From an uncultured delta proteobacterium (lineage in GTDB: Bacteria > Desulfobacterota > Desulfuromonadia > Desulfuromonadales > BM103), in NCBI GenBank assembly GCA_963715335.1, contig CAVQRZ010000036.1, positions 1-13,371 on the forward strand: DNA of 13,371 nt. Reading direction: 5' to 3'. Below are positions 7,223-13,371 of this stretch, one piece after another (within the stretch, counting starts at the first letter, position 1; the number at the start of each line of letters is the position of its first letter). Under the pieces are notes generated by a model. It was not told where the DNA came from, did not search any database, and worked only from the letters and a program-made list of their open reading frames with translations. The position numbers and the translations under genes were made by a program.

Positions 7223-7849
7223 CTACTTGGTGCCGAAAATCTTGTCTCCGGCATCGCCGAGGCCGGGCAGGATGTAGCCGACTTCGTTGAGTTTTTCGTC
7301 AATTGCCGCGACATAGATATCGACATCCGGGTGTTTCTTTTGCAGGGCGGCAATGCCTTCCGGGGCCGCAACCAGGAACAGCCCCTTGATTTTTCTGCAG
7401 CCCGACTCCTTGAGCATGTCGATTGCTGCAATGACGCTGCCGCCAGTCGCCAGCATCGGATCGAGTATCATGGCAATGCGATCTTCAATCTGGCTGGTGA
7501 ATTTTTTGTAGTAGGCGACAGGCTCCAGGGTCTCTTCATTGCGGTAGAGGCCGATGACGCTGACCCTGGCGCTCGGAATCAGGTCGAGGACGCCGTCCAT
7601 CATGCCGAGCCCGGCACGCAGAATTGGTACGACGGTGATCTTCTTGCCTTTGATCGTGTCAACCGAGACCTGCCCGGCCCAGCCATTGACGGTCTCTTGC
7701 TCCGTCTCCATATCACTGGTCGCCTCGTAGGTCAAAAGTCGCGCAACCTCCGAAGCCAGTGCGCGAAAATCCTTGGTGCTCACGTCATTGCGGCGCATCA
7801 GGCCGAGTTTGTGTCGAACCAGGGGGTGCTTGATCTCATAAACGGACAC
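7223..7849 (-). CDS. upp: Uracil phosphoribosyltransferase, 208 aa
   Basis: Motifs: [22 protein letters not shown]-binding [29 protein letters not shown] start with AGGAG RBS. Confidence 0.98.
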   Translation of the reverse strand: MSVYEIKHPLVRHKLGLMRRNDVSTKDFRALASEVARLLTYEATSDMETEQETVNGWAGQVSVDTIKGKKITVVPILRAGLGMMDGVLDLIPSARVSVIGLYRNEETLEPVAYYKKFTSQIEDRIAMILDPMLATGGSVIAAIDMLKESGCRKIKGLFLVAAPEGIAALQKKHPDVDIYVAAIDEKLNEVGYILPGLGDAGDKIFGTK

Positions 7850-7877
7850 GATTGACTCCTGCGCAGGGTTGTGTTGA

Positions 7878-7921
7878 GAAAAAAATCACGACAAAATATC
7901 ATGATCGATGACTTGCAGCAA
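7878..7921 (-). promoter_or_regulatory. upp-uraA promoter with GATTTTTTT initially transcribed region (candidate UTP-sensing reiterative transcription)
   Basis: Minus strand: TTGCTG (7921-7916), 17 nt ending in TGA (extended -10), TATTTT (7898-7893), GTCGT, then G(7887) A(7886) T7(7885-7879) C. Confidence 0.65.
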
Positions 7922-8001
7922 GCAAATGAAAAGATTCAATACATCATTAATTACGGCATCATTATTGGCTTTGTCTGCGATGAACTGTTATCGTGAGCAG
8001 T

Positions 8002-8415
8002 ATGGAAGCCGAGCGTAACACTGAGCAGACCGGAATGCCCTTGTTGGTCACGGCTGCCGTGATCTTTGATGGTGGGAAAGTCCTGATAACCAGGCGTCCG
8101 GATGACGCACTTCACCCAGGTTTCTGGGAATTCCCGGGCGGCAAGGTTGACCCCGGCGAAAGTCCCGAAGAAGCTCTGCGGCGGGAGATTCGCGAAGAGC
8201 TTGATGCCGAGGTCCGGGTCGTTGGTATCTACGACGTCGTCTTCCACCGCTACGACTGGGGCCCGGTCCTGATCCTGGCTTACGAATGTCAGCTCCTGAC
8301 AGATACGCTGCGCGATCTGGGCGTGGCGGAGCACCGCTGGATTCATCCGCGTGAAATGGTAAACTTCGCGATACTCCCTGCAGACCAGCCAATCATAAAT
8401 CGACTCAACACCTGA
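8002..8415 (+). CDS. mutT: Nudix (d)NTP pyrophosphohydrolase, MutT/NudG-like
   Basis: WEFPGGKVDPGESPEEALRREIREELD Nudix box and C-terminal PAD. Start uncertain (GTG 7993, ATG 8002 or ATG 8035). Substrate specificity cannot be determined from sequence. Confidence 0.85.
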   Translation: MEAERNTEQTGMPLLVTAAVIFDGGKVLITRRPDDALHPGFWEFPGGKVDPGESPEEALRREIREELDAEVRVVGIYDVVFHRYDWGPVLILAYECQLLTDTLRDLGVAEHRWIHPREMVNFAILPADQPIINRLNT

Positions 8416-8615
8416 GCCCTCATCCGGTCGGCAGCTCTGAAGCGACTATTAATATTTTAGAACGGTATTTTTCCGATTCTAGAGGCTTGTTCCAAGGGTC
8501 TGCTAAATATCTTATTTAATGCTTTATATCCCTTTTTAAAGGAATTTAACACCCAATAAGTGGGATTTTTTACACCCTTCTGCTTTGCCTTTTTGGAACT
8601 TTTTTAAGCAAATCA

Positions 8616-8644
8616 TTGACAATAATAAAACAGCGTATTATTTT
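8616..8644 (+). promoter_or_regulatory. sigma70 promoter for the IclR gene with overlapping inverted repeat
   Basis: TTGACA (8616-8621), 17 nt, TATTTT (8639-8644). AATAATA (8621-8627) and TATTATT (8636-8642) form an inverted repeat. TAAGGAG RBS at 8685-8691. Confidence 0.6.
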
Positions 8645-8697
8645 GTTTGACGTAGCCTTGTTTTGTTATTTTTCTGCGATTCCATAAGGAGTTACCC

Positions 8698-9462
8698 GTG
8701 CCCTCCAGAGATAAGGAATCTTATTCTATACAAGCCGTTGAAAACGCCCTCGATGTTCTGGAAGCTCTCAGTGAGATTGATGACGATGTTCGTATAAGCC
8801 AACTCAGTGAAAAGCTTGCCATGAACAAGACCAGCGTTTTTCGTCTTCTGGCGACATTTGAAAATCGTGGTTATGTCGAACGTGAGGAACAGTCCGGGAA
8901 GTACCGTCTCGGGCTGTCTGCCTATGAAATCGGTCAGAAGTTCCTGTCACGCATGGGCTTGTTGAGGCATGCCCGTCCTGTTGTGGAACGTTTGGCCAGA
9001 GGCTGCAATGAAGCCGTCTATATCGCGGTCCGACGTCGCAAGGAAGTCCTTTTCCTGGACATGATCGATACTACCCAGAAAGTCAAGATCGTTTCCCTGG
9101 TCGGCAAACGATTCCCTCTCGAGACAACCGCCGCCGGACAGGTCCTGCTGGCCTTCAACAAGGGGCAGGGAAAGGCCGGCTCCGAACCGGGCAGCCCAGC
9201 TGCAAGCCAGTTTACTGCAATTCGCAGTCACGGTTACAGTCAGGACAATGGTGCCTTGGGAGAAGGTATTGCCAGTATAGCCGCCCCGCTGTTTGGCAGC
9301 GGCGGCAAACTGCATGGGGCAATCTGCGTTGTCGGCCCGGAATACCGGCTCAACAACGAAGTCATTCAAAAGCAGGTCCTGAGTCCACTGCTCGACACTT
9401 GTGGGATCGTCTCCTCCAAGCTAGGGTGGCATTCCCCCTACATCCCGCGGGATTTGACCTGA
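8698..9462 (+). CDS. IclR-family transcriptional regulator, 254 aa
   Basis: N-terminal HTH (IQAVENALDVLEAL...KTSVFRLLATFENRGYV...YRLG) and effector domain (TAAGQVLLA, IRSHGYS, GIASIAAPLF). GTG start with strong RBS. Confidence 0.95.
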   Translation: MPSRDKESYSIQAVENALDVLEALSEIDDDVRISQLSEKLAMNKTSVFRLLATFENRGYVEREEQSGKYRLGLSAYEIGQKFLSRMGLLRHARPVVERLARGCNEAVYIAVRRRKEVLFLDMIDTTQKVKIVSLVGKRFPLETTAAGQVLLAFNKGQGKAGSEPGSPAASQFTAIRSHGYSQDNGALGEGIASIAAPLFGSGGKLHGAICVVGPEYRLNNEVIQKQVLSPLLDTCGIVSSKLGWHSPYIPRDLT

Positions 9463-9658
9463 TCCCTGGAGCGACGGGCGCAGTCAGCTTGCACTGATTC
9501 GGCTGCACGTCGCTCAGAACCATCCTCGTTGATAAATCGTCGAAAAATCTCCTGCCGACGGCTAAAGCGTTTGCCCGTCCATGCGATTAATGATAAATTA
9601 TCCCCGAACTTGACACCACACATCGTTTTTTGAGTTAGCCTGCGCAACGTTAATACCT

Positions 9659-11572
9659 ATGCCGCTGATCAAACATCTACAGGAAACCGAGCCTTTCGAT
9701 CAGCTTCCCGAATCGGCATTCGAGGAGCTGAAAGAAGCCGCGATCCAAAAGAAATTCCCCGCTAACGCCTATATCTTCCAGCAGAATGATCCGCCGACCG
9801 GGTACCTTTATGTGATCAAGGAAGGGCTGGTGACGATCACCCTGTTTTCGCCGGGCGGGATTGACATGGTGGTCGATTATCGAAAGGAAGGGCAGCTGTT
9901 TGGCGGGTCTCCGGTCTTCACCGGGGAGCCTTATGCCGGCGGGGCCCGTACCGTGAAGCCGACGGTTTGCTACCTGATTCCTTCGGAGGTTCTGCAGAAG
10001 CTGCAGAATGAGTATCCGCAGCTGAGTAGGTTCTTTACCCGCAGCGTTCTTTCCAGGGTCCGCAAGCTCTATTCGGAAATCGTTTCCGAACATTCCGGCG
10101 CCGCCCTGATGCAGATGGAGGCTTACCCTTTCAAAAAACGGCTTTCAGAGATTATGTCTTCGCCCGTGGTCACCTGTACACCTGATACAACGGTGAACGC
10201 CGTGGCACGGCGTCTGACTGAGCATGGTATAAGTTTCCTGGTGGTCGTCAATCCGGAAAATGAGCCGGTCGGTATCATCACGGGCAGCGATCTGGTCGCC
10301 AAGGTCCTGGCTCCGGAGAATGTCGACGTTCACTCCCTGAGAGCACGGAACATCATGCGATCACGGCCGCATAGCATGACGCCCGACACCTACATGTATG
10401 AAGCCATGGCGTTTATGACCAGCCACGGGCTCAACCATCTACCAATCGTTGACCGCAACCAGCTCGTCGGGATCGTTACGCCGCGGGATCTGATGAGGTA
10501 CCGTTCGCAGAAAGCTTTGTTGCTGCTCGGGAGTATCCGGGAAGAGACCTCTTTTGAAGGGCTGGCATCAGTTCGCCGGGAAACAGTGGGCGTCGCCCGT
10601 GCCCTGATGTCGGAAACCCGTAGCACTCCGGAGGTCATGGAGATCCTGTCGCATATCCATCACGCGATCATCCGGCGTGTGTACCAGTTGTGTCTTGATG
10701 AAATGACTGCGGAAGGGCTGCAGATGCCCGGTGTCCGACATTGCTTCCTGGTTATGGGCAGCGCCGGGCGCCGCGAAATGCTGTTGCAGCCAGATCAGGA
10801 CAACGGATTTATCTTCGAGAATTTTCCTGACGAACGGCAGGGCGAAGTGGACGCATTTTTTGTCCCTTTCAGCGAAAAGCTTAATATGGCACTTGACCGG
10901 GTGGGCTACCCGCTCTGTGAAGGTGATGTTATGGCCCGCAACAGCGAATGGCGCGGCCGACTGGTTGACTGGCAGGAGCGCATCAACAGCTGGCTGCTCG
11001 ACCCGGAGCCGACCCATGTCAGGAATTCATCGATCTTCTTCGATTTCCTCCCCTTGATGGGTGATGTTGAACTGGCCCATGATCTGCGGGACATGGTTGT
11101 CAGAGGGATCGAAACACACCAGGGATTCCTCTATCACATGATGACCCTGGACTTGCGCTACAAGGTTCCGCTTGGCTTGCTGGGGCGATTTTCTGTGGAG
11201 AAGGATGGGGATAATGCCGGAATGCTCTCGGTCAAGTACGGCGGTTGTGTCTACATCGTCGACTGCGTCAGGATGTTCGCCCTGGAACGCGGCATCCAGG
11301 AGATCTCCACCATGGGACGACTTCAGGCCCTGGTGGCGCAGAATGTCTTTGCCGTGGAAACCGCCGAGCATATCAGGGCGGCCTTCGAGGCTCTGGTTTT
11401 CCTGAGGCTCAGACATGAAATCAGCATGATCGAATCCGATCGCCCGCCCTCACATTTCCTTGACCCTTTCGCGCTCAGCAAGACCGAGCAGGATCTCCTT
11501 AAGGAGTCGTTCCAGGCTGTGTCAAAACTACAGGATGCGACGAAGAGGCACTTTTCCCGCACACCATTCTGA
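9659..11572 (+). CDS. cNMP-binding / tandem CBS / DUF294 putative nucleotidyltransferase signal-transduction protein, 637 aa
   Basis: N-terminal cNMP-binding fold (IFQQND...LYVIKEG...GQLFGG), two CBS repeats (IMSSPVVT...GIITGSDL and IM...HLPIV...GIVTPRDL), NTase motif GSAGRRE...DQDNG, GYPLCEGDVMARN..W, IFFD, and a helical DUF294_C region. No obvious Shine-Dalgarno. Confidence 0.92.
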   Translation: MPLIKHLQETEPFDQLPESAFEELKEAAIQKKFPANAYIFQQNDPPTGYLYVIKEGLVTITLFSPGGIDMVVDYRKEGQLFGGSPVFTGEPYAGGARTVKPTVCYLIPSEVLQKLQNEYPQLSRFFTRSVLSRVRKLYSEIVSEHSGAALMQMEAYPFKKRLSEIMSSPVVTCTPDTTVNAVARRLTEHGISFLVVVNPENEPVGIITGSDLVAKVLAPENVDVHSLRARNIMRSRPHSMTPDTYMYEAMAFMTSHGLNHLPIVDRNQLVGIVTPRDLMRYRSQKALLLLGSIREETSFEGLASVRRETVGVARALMSETRSTPEVMEILSHIHHAIIRRVYQLCLDEMTAEGLQMPGVRHCFLVMGSAGRREMLLQPDQDNGFIFENFPDERQGEVDAFFVPFSEKLNMALDRVGYPLCEGDVMARNSEWRGRLVDWQERINSWLLDPEPTHVRNSSIFFDFLPLMGDVELAHDLRDMVVRGIETHQGFLYHMMTLDLRYKVPLGLLGRFSVEKDGDNAGMLSVKYGGCVYIVDCVRMFALERGIQEISTMGRLQALVAQNVFAVETAEHIRAAFEALVFLRLRHEISMIESDRPPSHFLDPFALSKTEQDLLKESFQAVSKLQDATKRHFSRTPF

Positions 11573-11599
11573 TTTGCGTTGAGGTGCCGTTGCCAGTGC

Positions 11600-12511
11600 T
11601 TAGGTTATTGCCGGCCTCGGCAGGATCGTGACTTTGCGTCTGCTGCTGATCCACACTCCACAGAAAACCAACCCACAAGCCAGCCACTGTTGAGGGTTGA
11701 GCCTGTCGCCAAGAATCAGGATGCCGAGCAGCACCCCGAAGACCGGGATCAGGTTGACAAAGCCCGCCGCCTGGCTCACTGGAATTCTGCTGACTCCGAA
11801 ATTGTAACAGGCGTAGGCACCAAAAGTGATGAACGTGCCAAGGTAGACGACGGCCAGGAATGGGGTCCTTTCCAGGTGACTCGGGAAGCCGATATCCGGC
11901 ACGAGCAGAAAAGGGAAGAAAAAGACACTGCCGAGAAACGCCTGGAAGGCCGTCAGGAAAAGTGGTGGGTAATGATCGGAAAGATGTTTCAGGGCAACCG
12001 TGTAGCCAGCGGCACAGACCATTGCCAGGAATTCACAGGCGTTGCCGAGTAGCGGGTTGGGCGCGTCCACGGTTGTCTCGCCGGCAAGGCTCAGCCAGCA
12101 GGCACCAAGGATCGCCAGGATGAAACCGGTCAAGGTCCGTTGTGAAATCTTCTCCTTGAGGACGCACCATGCCAGGATTGCCACCAGCAGCGGCAGCATT
12201 GCGGTAATCATGCCGGCTTGTGAGGCGCTGGTCAGTTCGAGGGCCCTGGCTTCGAAGATAAAGTAGAGGCAGGGTTCGCAGATGGCCATGATCAACAGGT
12301 ATTTCAGATCGCGTCGCCGCCACTTGATTTTACGAAAGGCCGGGATGAAGACGACGAAGCAGAGGCTGGCGATGAACATTCTGCCGAAGATCACCTGCAT
12401 CGGGTGGTAGCCGCGGAAGGCCAGCTTCAGAGCGACAAAAGAACTGGCCCACAGCAGCATGGCCAGGATGAGGCTTAAAAATGGCAGCATTTGCCTGGTT
12501 TTTTCTGTCAC
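11600..12511 (-). CDS. EamA/DMT-family transporter, ~300 aa
   Basis: Two EamA repeats, about 10 hydrophobic segments (LLWASSFVALK, ALELTSASQAGMI..LP, LKEKIS, NLIPVFGVLLGILILGD). Start is GTG 12511 or ATG 12490. Confidence 0.92.
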   Translation of the reverse strand: MTEKTRQMLPFLSLILAMLLWASSFVALKLAFRGYHPMQVIFGRMFIASLCFVVFIPAFRKIKWRRRDLKYLLIMAICEPCLYFIFEARALELTSASQAGMITAMLPLLVAILAWCVLKEKISQRTLTGFILAILGACWLSLAGETTVDAPNPLLGNACEFLAMVCAAGYTVALKHLSDHYPPLFLTAFQAFLGSVFFFPFLLVPDIGFPSHLERTPFLAVVYLGTFITFGAYACYNFGVSRIPVSQAAGFVNLIPVFGVLLGILILGDRLNPQQWLACGLVFCGVWISSRRKVTILPRPAIT

Positions 12512-12770
12512 GATGCCACTCTTGTCCTGACGGGTCGTTCAAGGTCTGCGGTAATGGACGTAAATTTGCGCCTCGCGGCCAGGTTGCGGGTCCGTCTTTG
12601 TGTGCAGGATGATGAAATCTGCATGCAGAGGAATACATGATGGCTACACTTATGTAAAGGTTCTCCTGCTTTGATGCTTGCCGGAGGGACTCATGCGACA
12701 TTTTTACTGACAGAAACTCGGTCAGCGTGTTACATAACCGGCGGTTCCAACTGACAGGATTTGATAAAAA

Positions 12771-13371
12771 ATGACCAGACTCACCGAAAAAGGTCGCGGT
12801 ATCCGCGATATGTTCGACCGGATCGCGCCACGCTATGACCTGCTGAACCGGCTCCTGTCGTTAGGCATAGACCAGCGCTGGCGTCGCTTCGCAGTCAGTC
12901 AACTGGTTGTGCCGGAAAACGGCAGGGTCCTGGATATCGCGACGGGGACTGGTGACGTCGCTCTCGAGATCGGGCGACAAACAGCGCAGGGTGTCAAAAT
13001 TGTCGGTTCCGACTTTACCCAGGGGATGCTCGTGCTTGGTCGTAGGAAAATTGCCGAATCCCCCTATCGCGACCGGATTGTCCTGGTCAATGCTCCCTGT
13101 GAATCGATGCCGCACCCGGACGGCATCTTCGATGGCATCACGATCGCTTTCGGCATCCGCAACGTGGTTGACCGCCAGAAGGGTCTGGCTGAAATGGCCC
13201 GTGTTCTGAAACCCGGTGGGCGGGCAGCGATACTGGAATTCGCCACCCCTCGCAACAGGTTCTTCCGGGCTGTCTACTACTTCTATTTTCTGCGTGTACT
13301 GCCCTGGTTGGGGGGCTGATTTCACAGCGCAGCGCTTACCAGTACCTGCCTGACACCGTGCTGGAATTCCC
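12771..13371 (+). CDS. ubiE: Ubiquinone/menaquinone biosynthesis C-methyltransferase UbiE/MenG; frameshifted at 13310-13315 and 3'-partial
   Basis: Motifs: MFDRIAPRYDLLNRLLSLGIDQRWR, SAM motif VLDIATGTGD, FGIRNV, RVLKPGG. The ORF stops at 13319, but UbiE-like sequence (LISQRSAYQYLPDTVLEFP) continues in another frame to the window end. Confidence 0.92.

Noticed and set aside
8458..8571. Weak hairpins after mutT (TAGAACGG…CCGATTCTA; CCCA-ATAAG-TGGG-ATTTTTT) as terminators
   Set aside because: Stems are short or bulged, too weak to call.
9586..9641. Fur-box-like AATGATAAATTATC and TTGACA upstream of the DUF294 gene
   Set aside because: Only about 11/19 match to the Fur consensus with wrong half-site spacing. 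The nearest -10-like hexamer (TAGCCT) is 20 nt from TTGACA.
12707..12736. CTGACA…TACATA promoter and CTGAC/GTCAG repeat upstream of ubiE
   Set aside because: The -10 lacks the conserved final T, and a 5-bp repeat is expected by chance.

Overview
Bacterial chromosomal window with mostly housekeeping and energy-metabolism genes. Gene content and style suggest an anaerobic Desulfuromonadia/Geobacter-like deltaproteobacterium, but this is inference. Left to right: (1) a four-gene, translationally coupled group 3b (sulfhydrogenase-type) [NiFe]-hydrogenase operon in beta-gamma-delta-alpha order, the first gene cut by the window edge; (2) a convergent L-2-hydroxyglutarate oxidase/dehydrogenase lhgO; (3) a ~610-bp non-coding element (5166-5778) made of ~170-bp nested imperfect inverted repeats around a hairpin-rich core; (4) an upp-uraA uracil salvage operon; (5) a MutT-like Nudix hydrolase; (6) an IclR regulator; (7) a cNMP-CBS-CBS-DUF294 putative nucleotidyltransferase; (8) an EamA/DMT transporter; (9) ubiE/menG with a one-base frameshift in a G6 run, running off the right edge. 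The most notable unannotated signals are the symmetric structured element and an upp promoter that reproduces the E. coli UTP-sensing reiterative-transcription architecture (-10, then G6-A7-T7).
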